From Nannocystales bacterium (GTDB taxonomy: Bacteria; Myxococcota_A; Polyangia; Nannocystales; Nannocystaceae): a stretch of 64,000 bases of DNA. The position numbers and the translations under genes were made by a program. The notes beneath the pieces were generated by a model. That model ran no database searches, was not told where the DNA came from, and worked only from the letters and a program-made list of their open reading frames with translations. Of the stretch, positions 36,428 through 46,641 are shown piece after piece (the stretch's first letter is position 1; every line of letters starts with the position of its first letter). Where the stretch lies: contig JBOEGF010000009.1 in the NCBI GenBank assembly GCA_050633305.1, forward strand, positions 94,314-158,313, in the 5' to 3' direction.

Positions 36428-38578
36428 TCAGCTGGAGCGCGGCCGAACGTCTCGCGCACCGCTGGCACAGCGGCGAAGCTCGCTGAGGTCGGCGGATTCA
36501 CGGCCGAATCGAATCTCGTCATACTGCGCGACGAAGCGCAGCAGCGGCGCCCCGTCTTCGAGCTCCGGCGAGACGCGCTGCGCGAACCGTTTGGGGCTCT
36601 CGGTAGGGTCGCGCACCATGCCGTGTCGCGCGAGCGCCTTGAGCACCTGCGCGTACAGTTGCTGCGCCTCGGGAAGCTTGGGCTTGGAGCGCCGACGCCA
36701 CAACCACACGGCCAGCAGCACGAGCGCGGCTCCGCCCCCCCACATCGCGACGCCACGCCATTGGACCCGTGGGTACTGGCCCGAGCTGCTGCGCATGCCG
36801 AGCCCCTCGAGCAGGCTCAGCTGCTTGGTCAGGTTGTAGTCGATGACATACTCGAGGTATGCGTTTCGCAGCGCATCGAAGGCCTCGTTGAGTGCGGGGA
36901 TGAGGGGCGCATCGTCTCCGGCGACGCGACCCGACGGCGGCGTCGGGTCGAACGTGATCCAGCCAGCCTCCGGCCCAAACCACACTTCGACCCACGAGTG
37001 CGCGTCTGCCTGGCGGACGGCGTAGAAGTCCCCCAACGCGTTGTAGTGAGCACCATAGTAGCCGTTGACGAGCCGGGTGGGGATCCCGACCTCGCGACCG
37101 AGGACGGCGAGTGCGGTCGCAAAGTACTCGCAATGCCCAGTCTGGGTATCGAAGAGGAACCCCTCCAGTGGGTCGGCGCCGTCGCGGACTCTTGGCGACG
37201 ACTCGAGGTCGGTGGTGTAGCCGAACTCACCGAGGTGGCCCATCAGTGCCAGGACTTTGTCGTAGCGATTTGTGGCGTCGTTGGTGAGCTGCTGGGCAAG
37301 GTCCAGGACTTCGGGAGACAGTCCTTCGGTCCGGCGGAGGTAGCCCGCGAACTCCTCGTCGACCTCGGGATCGCCCAGGCCGCGGAGCAGATGTGCGTTG
37401 GGGGTTCCGACCTGGGCGACGAACTCGTATTGGACGGGGCCGGGGGGCTTGTCGATCCGGAACTCCCGATGGAGGCCAGGGCGAACCTTGAGGTCGCGTT
37501 GTTCGAGCGCGCCTCGGGGCGAGACACGAACGGCGACGGGATCGCTGGCGACAAACATCGCATCGACGCCAAGATCCTCGAGCATCACATCGACGTGAAT
37601 CTGCTGCGCGTCTTCCAGGTACGGCTTGGGAAGCGCCTCGTACTGGGCGCTGAGTTTTCCCGGAGAGAGGCCGCGGACCGGAACGAGCAACGGCGTCTTG
37701 TTCGGAGCGAGGGCTCGGTACTGGCCCACGCGTCGAAGTGGGACCCGCTCGGCGGAGGCGTTGTTGTTGGACCAGCGCCCATCTTGGTAGATGTCGAACG
37801 CGCCCCCGCGCAGGTGCCACGTCAGCCGGTCGACCCGCGGCATGTCGCCCTTGGGTCGCAATCGGGCCGCGACCGTCGCATCGGATTTGATGCGACCGAA
37901 GTCGCCGAGCGTGACTTCACCCGCGAAACCGCTGCGAGAGTCCTTGGAGAAGGCGCCGCGCAGGAACACACCCGCGCCCCAGCGAGGGAAGAGCAGGAAC
38001 ACCAGCAATGCGCCAACACCCGCAAGAGCGGCCACACCGGAGGCCGCGCGCCACAGTGTCTTGCGTGAGCGCATCGCTGCGCGGGCCATCTCCGCCATCA
38101 CCCGCACCCCGAGGCGCTCGCCCTCGGACATCAGGTGGTTGACCACCAACGTCATGACCGCGATGACGGTGTAGGCGGCAAAGAGGACCGGGTAGGTCAG
38201 GCCGGTGTTCACCACCGCGCCCACAACCATCATCAGCGAGCCCAGCATGAGCAGCTGCATGTGCTCTCGGGCTTTCTGGCGGTTGAACAGGCGCTGGACG
38301 ATCATCAGGAGAAGAAAATCCACGCCGGCGTCGAGCAGGTCGCCGACGAGCAGGACTCGTGCGAACGTGGCGACCAGCGCGAAGACAATGCCGACCGTCC
38401 AAATGCGTAGCGTGGACTTGGGCGTCACCTCGGGGCGCGGGCGGTAGAAGGCGAGCGCGCCGAAGGCCAGGGCCAGGCCGAGGCTGGTCCACGACATGCC
38501 GCCGCCGGCGAGCACAGCCGCGGAGGCGATGAGGGCTTGCAGGGCGCTGAGGCGGTCACGGAGCTCGCGCAGGGTCAT
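36428..38578 (-). CDS. Membrane transglutaminase-like protein (TgpA/DUF3488 type)
   Basis: Multiple N-terminal TMs; GHCEYFA, AHSWVEV, FDPTP catalytic triad motifs. Confidence 0.92.
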   Translation of the reverse strand: MTLRELRDRLSALQALIASAAVLAGGGMSWTSLGLALAFGALAFYRPRPEVTPKSTLRIWTVGIVFALVATFARVLLVGDLLDAGVDFLLLMIVQRLFNRQKAREHMQLLMLGSLMMVVGAVVNTGLTYPVLFAAYTVIAVMTLVVNHLMSEGERLGVRVMAEMARAAMRSRKTLWRAASGVAALAGVGALLVFLLFPRWGAGVFLRGAFSKDSRSGFAGEVTLGDFGRIKSDATVAARLRPKGDMPRVDRLTWHLRGGAFDIYQDGRWSNNNASAERVPLRRVGQYRALAPNKTPLLVPVRGLSPGKLSAQYEALPKPYLEDAQQIHVDVMLEDLGVDAMFVASDPVAVRVSPRGALEQRDLKVRPGLHREFRIDKPPGPVQYEFVAQVGTPNAHLLRGLGDPEVDEEFAGYLRRTEGLSPEVLDLAQQLTNDATNRYDKVLALMGHLGEFGYTTDLESSPRVRDGADPLEGFLFDTQTGHCEYFATALAVLGREVGIPTRLVNGYYGAHYNALGDFYAVRQADAHSWVEVWFGPEAGWITFDPTPPSGRVAGDDAPLIPALNEAFDALRNAYLEYVIDYNLTKQLSLLEGLGMRSSSGQYPRVQWRGVAMWGGGAALVLLAVWLWRRRSKPKLPEAQQLYAQVLKALARHGMVRDPTESPKRFAQRVSPELEDGAPLLRFVAQYDEIRFGRESADLSELRRCASGARDVRPRSS

Positions 38579-39561
38579 GCGGGGTGTTCTCCGATCAACG
38601 CGAGAGCTTCCAGCAGGGTGTGCCGAGCGTGGGCGCCCGACGCCGGCTCGAGCATCAGCTCACCGCCGTATCGCAGGCCAACAGCCACCCCAGGTTCCTG
38701 CAGGTAGGCCACGGCCATGGAGGCGACACGCGACACCTCGGCTTCGAACTGGGGGTCGCCGGTGGTGCCCAACCCGAGGTCGAGCAGGCGTTCGTCGTCC
38801 CCCAGCGCCTCGTAGTCGCGGACGGCTGGACGTTGGCCGCGAGCGACCGTGCGCCAATCGATACGTCGTGGGTCGTCACCCTCTCGGTACTCCCGCATGC
38901 CGAAAAACTCTCCGACACGAGCGATCCGCCCGGACGCTTCGCCCTGGCCGGGGCGATGCCGGGTGCCCGTCTCGACACGGACGGGGTGCAGTTTGGGGTA
39001 GACGGTGATCTCCGGAGGCTTTGCGACGTCGCGGCGTTTGACGAATAGGCCAAACGGGAATCGGGTCGCGACCACGGCACGCGGCAGCGCGTGGCGACCG
39101 CGGGCCGGCATGGTGACGGTCGTATGCAGCGTGAGGGTTTGTTTGGGGGCGAGACGGACAGCAAACACCGGGCCACAGACGCCGGGCTGATCGCCGTCGT
39201 CATCCTCGACGCTCACGGAGAGCAACTCGCCCGCGGCACTGCTGTTGGAGATCTCGACCTGCAGGGGCGTAGGGGTCTGCGCGTGGACGGCTTCGGCGAG
39301 CACCCTTTTGGCCGAGGCTCGAAACACCGCTCGCTCCGAGAGCATGCCGCTGCCGATGATCAGGGCCATTTGCGCTCCGAACACCGCATGCAGCAGGTTG
39401 GCGCCCGAGTTGATCGCGGCAAACCCCACTGCGAGCGTCAGGGCGATGAACAACCACCCCGACTTCGTGATCTCGAGCCGACGCCCGCGCGCCGACAACA
39501 TGCGCCGAAGCAGCCGCGAGATACGGCCCTTCGGTGGAGCGGCGGGCGTGTCGTGAGCCAT
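38575..39561 (-). CDS. DUF58 domain protein
   Basis: TRFPFGLF, EFFGMREYREGDDPRRIDWR; lies between MoxR and the transglutaminase. Confidence 0.9.
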   Translation of the reverse strand: MAHDTPAAPPKGRISRLLRRMLSARGRRLEITKSGWLFIALTLAVGFAAINSGANLLHAVFGAQMALIIGSGMLSERAVFRASAKRVLAEAVHAQTPTPLQVEISNSSAAGELLSVSVEDDDGDQPGVCGPVFAVRLAPKQTLTLHTTVTMPARGRHALPRAVVATRFPFGLFVKRRDVAKPPEITVYPKLHPVRVETGTRHRPGQGEASGRIARVGEFFGMREYREGDDPRRIDWRTVARGQRPAVRDYEALGDDERLLDLGLGTTGDPQFEAEVSRVASMAVAYLQEPGVAVGLRYGGELMLEPASGAHARHTLLEALALIGEHPA

Positions 39562-40475
39562 CACTGAGGAACGGGGACGGTGGCCGTGATCTCTCGGACC
39601 AGCTCTTCAGAGGATGCGCTGGCTTCGTCCGATGCGAGGCTCGGCAACACGCGGTGGGCCAACGCAGCGATCGCGAGCTCTTGGAGGTCGTCCAGGCTCA
39701 CCTGCTCTCGGCCTTGAAGCAGAGCGCGAGCGCGGGCGGCCGCGACCCAAGCCAAAGCGCCACGTGTGCTCACCCCGAGCCGCGCGCGGGGGTGCTCCCG
39801 TGTCGCCTGGACCACGGCCTGGGCATAGGCCGCGAGGTCGGCGTGCACGAAGACCTTTTGCGCCGCACGTTGGGCTGCGAGCACATCCTCCGGCGAGACC
39901 ACGGCCTCTGCTTGGGGGCGTGTGCCGTTGCCTTGTAGAAGCGCCGCCTCCACCTCCGGGGCCGCGTACCCCATCGACAGTCGCAGCACGAAGCGGTCGC
40001 GTTGGGACTCCGGCAGCGGGTAGGTGCCGTAGTGCTCCAAGGGGTTCTGCGTCGCGATGACCATGAACGGCTCGGGCAGGGGCCGGCTCACGCCGTCGAC
40101 CGAGATCTGGTGCTCACCCATCGCCTCGAGAAGGGCGCTTTGCGTCCTGGGGGGCGCCCGGTTGACCTCGTCGGCGAGGACGAAGTTCGCGAACAGGGGG
40201 CCTTCGCGAAACTCGAACGCTTCCCGTTGCGGTCGCCACACATTGACCCCCAGGACATCGGCTGGAAGCAGGTCGGCCGTGAACTGAATGCGCCGGAAAG
40301 CACCACCCACTGCGCCCGCGAGAGAGCGAGCGAGGGTGCTCTTGCCCACGCCTGGCATGTCTTCGAGGAGCAGGTGGCCCCCGGATAGCAGGGCCACGAG
40401 CGCCAAGTCGATGATCTCGTCCTTCCCGACGATCGCGCTGCCGACCGCCTCTCGGATCGCGGCCGCGGTGGCCAT
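39561..40475 (-). CDS. MoxR family AAA+ ATPase
   Basis: HLLLEDMPGVGKS, RIQFTADLLPAD, LADEVNRAPPRTQSALLEAM, ATQNP, YPLPESQRDRF. Start uncertain. Confidence 0.95.
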   Translation of the reverse strand: MATAAAIREAVGSAIVGKDEIIDLALVALLSGGHLLLEDMPGVGKSTLARSLAGAVGGAFRRIQFTADLLPADVLGVNVWRPQREAFEFREGPLFANFVLADEVNRAPPRTQSALLEAMGEHQISVDGVSRPLPEPFMVIATQNPLEHYGTYPLPESQRDRFVLRLSMGYAAPEVEAALLQGNGTRPQAEAVVSPEDVLAAQRAAQKVFVHADLAAYAQAVVQATREHPRARLGVSTRGALAWVAAARARALLQGREQVSLDDLQELAIAALAHRVLPSLASDEASASSEELVREITATVPVPQ

Positions 40476-40558
40476 GGGAGTGGGCGTAGGACGGGGGGTG
40501 TGGACAGCCGGAGCGGACACCGCAGACGAGTGTACGTCAGCGACCGAGCAAACGTTTC

Positions 40559-41227
40559 TCAGTGCGCGCCTGGATCGTCGCTGCCGCGCTTGCGGGCCAA
40601 CATGACACCATCGCGGACCGACAACAGGACCGCGTCGACCCGGGTGTCGGCGCGGACACGCGCATTGAAGGAGACGAGGGCGTGGTCGGACGGTTCCTCT
40701 GGATGTAGGACCTTTCCGCTCCACAGGGTGTTGTCGGCGACGATCAGCCCTCCGACGCGCATCATCGGTACGAGCGCTTCCCAGTACGCCTCGTAGGAGG
40801 TCTTGTCCGCGTCGATGAACGCCAGGTCGATCGGCTCGTCATCCCTCGCGAGAGTCTCGAGGGTGTCCAGCGCGGGGCCGAGGCGGAGGTTGATCTTGTG
40901 ACCGTGTGCGCTGCGCCTCCAAAACGTCTTCGCGAGGTCGGTCGCGACCGGGTCGATGTCGCAGGTGATCACTTGTCCGCCCTCGGCGACCCCGGCTGCA
41001 AGACTGAGCGTCGAGTAGCCACTGAAGGTGCCTATCTCGACGACACGCCGTGCTCCAACGGTCATTGCGAGCAGGCGCAGCAACGCGCCTTCGACTCGCC
41101 CAACCTGCATCTGCGGATCCTCGAGTTGGCCGTAGGTGGCCTCTTTGAGTTCTGTGAGGAGCGCGGCCTCGGCTGGTGCGTGGTCCTCGACGTAGGTGGC
41201 GAGGTCTGGGGACAGCAGGGTGAGCAC
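40559..41227 (-). CDS. SAM-dependent O-methyltransferase (caffeoyl-CoA OMT-like)
   Basis: VEIGTFSGYS, DLAFIDADK, GGLIVADNTLWSG. Confidence 0.92.
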   Translation of the reverse strand: MLTLLSPDLATYVEDHAPAEAALLTELKEATYGQLEDPQMQVGRVEGALLRLLAMTVGARRVVEIGTFSGYSTLSLAAGVAEGGQVITCDIDPVATDLAKTFWRRSAHGHKINLRLGPALDTLETLARDDEPIDLAFIDADKTSYEAYWEALVPMMRVGGLIVADNTLWSGKVLHPEEPSDHALVSFNARVRADTRVDAVLLSVRDGVMLARKRGSDDPGAH

Positions 41228-41243
41228 GGATCCACCGTAGCAG

Positions 41244-42977
41244 TCATGCGGACGCTTTGCGGCGGCGTTCCATCCAGGCTTGTCTCGCGGGGCTCGGTCG
41301 TCGCAGGGCGGCGGGCACCTCAATCGAGAACACCATGCCGTCCTCCAGTGCCTCGATGTCGAGGGCACCACCTTGTTGTTCGAGGACGGCTGCCGCGAGC
41401 GGAAGGCCCAGTCCGAGTCCGTGATGCCCGGGGATTCGGAAAAATCCGGAACGGGCGCGGGCGAGGTCCTCCGGAGACGCGGGGTGATGGCCGACGGTGA
41501 TGTCGACGAAGACCGCGCCCCCGCGCTCGGTGCTTCCCAGTTTGACCTCGATGCTGACCTCGGCGGCGTCGGTGCCTTCGTGGGCGAAGAGCAGGACGTT
41601 GGCGATCGCCTGCACCGACCGTAGGGTGTCGCAAAGCACCGCGGGCAGTCCGGGCGCGAACTTCACCTCGGAGTCGGGGAGTCCTGGTGCGCGCTTCTTG
41701 GCCGAAGCGATCGCCCGCGTGACGAGGTTGGCGACGGGGGTGGGCTCCGGAGCCAGTTCTAGGTGGCCGGCCTCGATCTTCGCCGTGTCGAGAATGTCGT
41801 CGATCTCTCGCAGCAGGTCCTGTCCACTTCGAAGGATGAGTCGGACCATTTCGCTCTGAGCGGCGTTGAGGTCGCCGTCGATCCCCGAGAGCAGCAACTC
41901 AGAGAACCCGAGGATGGCGTTGAGCGGGGAACGAAGGTCGTGGCTCATGTTGGCGAGGAACTGGCTCTTGAGTCGGTCGGCTTCCTTGGCCTTCTCGATG
42001 GCGACGTAGTGGGCGACGTTCGACTCTGAGATCCGGGCCACCATCCGGTCGACCGCGGCGATGAGGTGCCGGGCTTCGTGCGTTGCAAAGCTGGCCTCGT
42101 CGATGGCGGGAATGGGTGCGTCGTGCACGACGGCATGGATGCGGGATGTCGCGCGGACGACGTCGTGATGGACCGAGCGCGCCACGAACACGCTCGCGGC
42201 AAAGGCCGCGGCGGTGAAGACAAACCCGGCGAACGCGAGCGCACCCCAGGGCGGCCACGGCCCTGGGGGGCTGCGGACGGCGACGAGGGCCGCGGCGCAC
42301 AGCGGTGCCAGCACGAGGGCACCGGAGGCCACGGACGACTGCATCGTCATCCGACCGCGAAGGACGGGACGGGAGGCAAACTTTGCGACCCGATGGGGAG
42401 CCGACAGAATCTGTGGCCGGACGAACGCGCGAGAGAGTCCCGTGACGACGAGAGCGATCGGCGTGATCGTGCAGATCCATACCAACAGCAGACCCAGCGC
42501 GACCGTAGAGGACAGATCCTGGGTTTGGGAGAGGGTCAGTACGTTGACGACGAGCGCCGCGGACAGCCAAGCCCAAAACCGGAGCCCAAGCGCGCGAGGC
42601 AGTCGCAGCAGGCGGGCGAACGCCTGCTCGACCGCGGCCTTGGGCGGGGCCCCTGCCTGTCGGATGCTGCGGTCCCGCGCGACGAACAGCGGCACGATGG
42701 GAAGGGTGAGGAACCCGGCCAGCATCCAGAACGTTGGGCGCGGTGAGACGTCTGTCGTCCATCGTGCTTTGGGGGCGTCCGCGAACAGGGAGAGCGAGGC
42801 GACGACGAGGGCGACCGCGTGCGGGACCGCGAACATGCTCCACGGAAGGTCGCCGAAACGAAGCGGGCCAAGGACCAGTCGGGCCCACAAGATGGCCTGA
42901 CCGACGGCGAGTAGCCACGCCCAGCCCAGCCCGCCCAACAACCTCAACTCGACGCGTAAACGTCCTCCATCGATCAT
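41244..42977 (-). CDS. Membrane sensor histidine kinase-like protein with degenerate ATPase domain
   Basis: Several TMs; H-box FLANMSHDLRSPLN intact; N-box and G1 degenerate; GLGLGL retained. Confidence 0.8.
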   Translation of the reverse strand: MIDGGRLRVELRLLGGLGWAWLLAVGQAILWARLVLGPLRFGDLPWSMFAVPHAVALVVASLSLFADAPKARWTTDVSPRPTFWMLAGFLTLPIVPLFVARDRSIRQAGAPPKAAVEQAFARLLRLPRALGLRFWAWLSAALVVNVLTLSQTQDLSSTVALGLLLVWICTITPIALVVTGLSRAFVRPQILSAPHRVAKFASRPVLRGRMTMQSSVASGALVLAPLCAAALVAVRSPPGPWPPWGALAFAGFVFTAAAFAASVFVARSVHHDVVRATSRIHAVVHDAPIPAIDEASFATHEARHLIAAVDRMVARISESNVAHYVAIEKAKEADRLKSQFLANMSHDLRSPLNAILGFSELLLSGIDGDLNAAQSEMVRLILRSGQDLLREIDDILDTAKIEAGHLELAPEPTPVANLVTRAIASAKKRAPGLPDSEVKFAPGLPAVLCDTLRSVQAIANVLLFAHEGTDAAEVSIEVKLGSTERGGAVFVDITVGHHPASPEDLARARSGFFRIPGHHGLGLGLPLAAAVLEQQGGALDIEALEDGMVFSIEVPAALRRPSPARQAWMERRRKASA

Positions 42978-44611
42978 GCGGACACCTCCTCGAGCACCCG
43001 CTGGGTCTTGGCGCGGGCGTCCTCTTCGGTGATGTCGATCGTATCGGGGCGCTCGGGCGGCTCGAGAGGGAGGCGTAGGGTGAAGACCGAGCCCTCTCCG
43101 AGGGTGGACTCCGCCCGCAGCGTGCCCCCGTGATAGCCCGCGATGCGGCGTGCGATCGCGAGCCCGAGCCCCGTGCCTTTGGAGCGGCGCTTGACGGATC
43201 CTGCCTGGCGATACTCTTCGAACACCGCAACCAGGTCGTCCTGGGCGATGCCGACGCCGGTGTCGATACATCGAATCACCACGGCTTCCTTGCGAGCATC
43301 GTGCGCGACGCGAAGGGTGATCGAGCCGCGCTCGGTGAACTTGATCGCGTTGCTGACCAGGTTCGTCAGGATCTGACGGAGCCGCCGCCCGTCACACACC
43401 ACCGGCGGGAGGTTCGGGCCGATCTCGGCGTGCAGCTGCACGTATCGCTCGTCGACGAGCGGCTGGTGAATCTTGACGACGCCCCGGACGAGCTCGGCGA
43501 TGTCCGTGCTCTCGAAGGAGAGCCGCAGCTCACCGGACTCGATCATCGACATGTCGAGGATGTCGTTGATCAGCTCCAGAAGCTGACGCCCTCCGTCGCG
43601 GATGAGCTCAACGTCTTCGGCCTGTGGCTCGCTCAGGACGCCGTCGTATCCCTCGAGCAGGAGCTGGGCGAACCCGCCGACCGCGTTGAGCGGCGTGCGG
43701 AGCTCATGGCTGACCGCGTTGAGGAAGTTGGCCTTGCGGGTATCGGCGTTGCGGGTGTGCAGGAGCGCGGTTTGGTAGGTGACGAGTTCTCGCCGCAACT
43801 TGCCCCGGAGGGCCTCGAGGTTGGCCAGCATCGCGCCGACCTCGTCCCCCCGGGTGACCACGACCGGACGGCGTGTGGCTTCGGTCGCGTCGTCGTCGTA
43901 CGCGTCGAGCCGTCGGGTCAGGGAGCGAATGTCGTTGCCGGGGCTCATCCCGAGCGTGGCCGCGCCCATGGGACCCCACGCCAACAGCAAGCCGATTGCG
44001 GTGACCCACAGCAACACCTCGACGCTGCTGGCCTCAGGCCAGCGCGGAATGAGCACGGCTGCGATGGCGACCACACTGGAGGCCAGCCCGCCGACGAACA
44101 GAATGCGCACGTAGCTGTAGGCCAGCGTGGGCGGGGAGGGGGCGAGCAACGCCGGTTCGGCCGCCCCCTGAGGATAAGCGGCCGCGAGGACTCTCAGCAG
44201 CCGGTCCAGGAGCATGCCGACCACGAGGCCGACGGATACGCATGCGGCGAAGACGGGGCCGATCGCCGTGAGTAGGGTCTGTGAACTGGGTTCGGCGGGG
44301 ATTGGGACTGCGACGATGGAGAGCGCGAGCGCGGCGATCGGCGGCGTCGTCCAACAAACCCACGGGAGGGTTCGCGCCACGTGGTCCGGGCTGGCGTACT
44401 GCGTCCGCACGTAGAGAAACGCCAGCTCGGCGAGCGCGGTCAGGAGGACGCAAAGCGCCACGCTCAGCGCCTGCCCGGGGAGCTCGTGACCGCCGACCAG
44501 GAGCCGAAGGAGGATGGACGCGAATAGGCCGTGGATGGCCGCAGCCCCAAGGACCACGACCAGGGCTCGGACCGCATAGTCCGAGGGCCCCGGCGACCGA
44601 ATCTCCTCCAC
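42974..44611 (-). CDS. Membrane sensor histidine kinase (HAMP, HisKA, HATPase)
   Basis: SHELRTPLN, NLVSNAIKFT, DTGVGI, GTGLGL. Confidence 0.92.
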   Translation of the reverse strand: MEEIRSPGPSDYAVRALVVVLGAAAIHGLFASILLRLLVGGHELPGQALSVALCVLLTALAELAFLYVRTQYASPDHVARTLPWVCWTTPPIAALALSIVAVPIPAEPSSQTLLTAIGPVFAACVSVGLVVGMLLDRLLRVLAAAYPQGAAEPALLAPSPPTLAYSYVRILFVGGLASSVVAIAAVLIPRWPEASSVEVLLWVTAIGLLLAWGPMGAATLGMSPGNDIRSLTRRLDAYDDDATEATRRPVVVTRGDEVGAMLANLEALRGKLRRELVTYQTALLHTRNADTRKANFLNAVSHELRTPLNAVGGFAQLLLEGYDGVLSEPQAEDVELIRDGGRQLLELINDILDMSMIESGELRLSFESTDIAELVRGVVKIHQPLVDERYVQLHAEIGPNLPPVVCDGRRLRQILTNLVSNAIKFTERGSITLRVAHDARKEAVVIRCIDTGVGIAQDDLVAVFEEYRQAGSVKRRSKGTGLGLAIARRIAGYHGGTLRAESTLGEGSVFTLRLPLEPPERPDTIDITEEDARAKTQRVLEEVSA

Positions 44612-44724
44612 GCCAAGAGGGTACCAACCAAAGCAACGCCCGAGCTGTCACAGGACGGCTCGGGCGTTCAGCTCTGCGCCATGAAAGGCCGGCGACGGCT
44701 TCCCAGGCGGCGTGCGAGTCTCGA

Positions 44725-45696
44725 TCAGCCGGACTTTTTGGCCTTCACCAGCTCGATGAGCTGCGGGAGGGTGTCCTCCCACTTGGCGACCAGGCCGTAG
44801 TCGGCGACCTGGAAGATCGGCGCCTCGGGGTCCTTGTTGATCGCGACGATCGTCTTGGAGCCCTTCATCCCGGCAAGGTGCTGGATGGCGCCGGAGATGG
44901 CGACCGCGAAGTACAGCTCCGGTGCGACGACCTTGCCGGTCTGACCGACCTGAAGGTCGGCGGGGACCATGCCCGCGTCTGTCGCTGCACGACTGGCGCC
45001 GAGTGCACCGCCGAGCATGTCGGTGAGCGTCTCGAGTGGGGCGAAGTTTTCGCCCGAGCCCATGCCGCGGCCACCGGCCACGACGACGTTCGCCTCGGTG
45101 AGCGCCGGTCGGGCGCTCTGGGTCGTCTCGATGCCGACGACTTCCGCCCCGCGTTTGCTGGGCGTTCCGACGTCCACGGCGGAGACGGCTGCAGCGGTAC
45201 CGGCGGCGGCCGGTGCGAAGTCGCTGGCGCGCGCGGTGAAGCACACGACGGCTCCGGAGAGTGTGAAGTCGGCCAGAGCACGACCCGCCGACATCTCGCG
45301 GCTGAACGTGTTGTTGCCCTTCACACCCGTGATCTCGGCGGCGAGCGGCGCGTCGAGCAGAGCCGCTGCCCGTGGGATCACGTCGCGCAGCGTCGAGGTT
45401 GCAGTTCCGCCGAGCGCCGTGGCGCCCACGGATTTGGCCGCAGCCACGACCGCGTCGGTCCACGCCTCGGTGGTGAACGGAGCGAGTTCGGCCTGGTCGG
45501 CGACGTGGACGGCCGCGGCGCCGTAGCCTGCAGCGCCCACAGCGTTGGCGGCATCGCCGACGCCCGAACCGACGACCAACAGGTGAAGTTCACCGCCGGT
45601 GTGCTTGGCGAGTTCCGCGCCGGCGGTGACGCCGGGAAGGCTCGCGTTCTTGATGCTGGTGCCGTCCGTTTCGACGACTACGAGGACCTTGCTCAT
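44725..45696 (-). CDS. etfA: Electron transfer flavoprotein alpha subunit
   Basis: [35 protein letters not shown]. Confidence 0.96.
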   Translation of the reverse strand: MSKVLVVVETDGTSIKNASLPGVTAGAELAKHTGGELHLLVVGSGVGDAANAVGAAGYGAAAVHVADQAELAPFTTEAWTDAVVAAAKSVGATALGGTATSTLRDVIPRAAALLDAPLAAEITGVKGNNTFSREMSAGRALADFTLSGAVVCFTARASDFAPAAAGTAAAVSAVDVGTPSKRGAEVVGIETTQSARPALTEANVVVAGGRGMGSGENFAPLETLTDMLGGALGASRAATDAGMVPADLQVGQTGKVVAPELYFAVAISGAIQHLAGMKGSKTIVAINKDPEAPIFQVADYGLVAKWEDTLPQLIELVKAKKSG

Positions 45697-46511
45697 AGAA
45701 CTTTCGCCTCCGAAGCCAGCTTCTCGACCAGCTGTTCGACGCTTTCGACGATCTGTCCCGCGGCGCGTGCCGGGGGCGGAGTCACCGCGTTGTTGTTGAC
45801 TGCGCTGACGGCTTCAACACCAAGGTCAGCCGGCTTGAGCTGCTCGACCTTCTTACGCTTGGCCATCGTGATGCCGCGCAGCGATGCGAGGCGAGGGCCT
45901 TCGTTGTAGGTGTAGTCGTCGGGCGTGACGCCGTTCTTGACGCTGCTCGGAAGGACGACACGAAGGTCACACGTGACGACGGAGGGGAGCGGGACCTTCT
46001 TGGTCTCGACACCGTCGTCGACTTCGCGCGACACGACCATGGCGTTTGCGCCCTGATCCCACGTGACCCCTCCGGCGAACGAGGCGATGGGGAGATCGAG
46101 CAGGCCTGCGACCCGCTGACCGACCTCGTTCCCTTCGCTGTCCTGGGAGAGCTTTCCACAGACCAGGAGATCTGCGCCTTCCTTCTTGAACACGCCGGCG
46201 ATGAGCTTGGCCACCGCCTGTGAATCGAGCGCCGTATCATCGGCGTCGACGACGACGCCGCGGTCGGCACCCATCGCGAGGAACGTGGTGATGTGCTGGC
46301 GTTGTGCCGCTGGGCAAACACTGCACACCACGATCTCCGCGTGGCGTTTTTTGGACTTCGCGTCTTCAGCGAGACGCAGGGCGGTTTCCACCGCGTACTG
46401 ATCGAATTCGTTGGGGACCCATTTCGTCGACGAAGTGTCGATGGCCCCGTCGGCGAATTTCACGCTCGCATCGGGGTCTGGGATCCGCTTGACCGTCACC
46501 AAGATCTTCAA
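45693..46511 (-). CDS. etfB: Electron transfer flavoprotein beta subunit
   Basis: KILVTVKRIPD, AVETALRL, LAMGAD, REVDDG, PRLASL; TTG start after AGGAGG. Confidence 0.94.
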   Translation of the reverse strand: MKILVTVKRIPDPDASVKFADGAIDTSSTKWVPNEFDQYAVETALRLAEDAKSKKRHAEIVVCSVCPAAQRQHITTFLAMGADRGVVVDADDTALDSQAVAKLIAGVFKKEGADLLVCGKLSQDSEGNEVGQRVAGLLDLPIASFAGGVTWDQGANAMVVSREVDDGVETKKVPLPSVVTCDLRVVLPSSVKNGVTPDDYTYNEGPRLASLRGITMAKRKKVEQLKPADLGVEAVSAVNNNAVTPPPARAAGQIVESVEQLVEKLASEAKVL

Positions 46512-46641
46512 ATGAGACCTCCTTTTCCGGGCGGAGACTTGCGTGCCTGGCCCCATCCGTCAACGTACGAGAGGCCTGCAAAACTGCAGCATGTGCCGCA
46601 AAGCGTGCGTGTACGCGCCCCGCTTGCCGCAGCCGTTTCCC

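Noticed and set aside
35990..38068. 692-aa plus-strand ORF
   Set aside because: Shadow of the transglutaminase gene.
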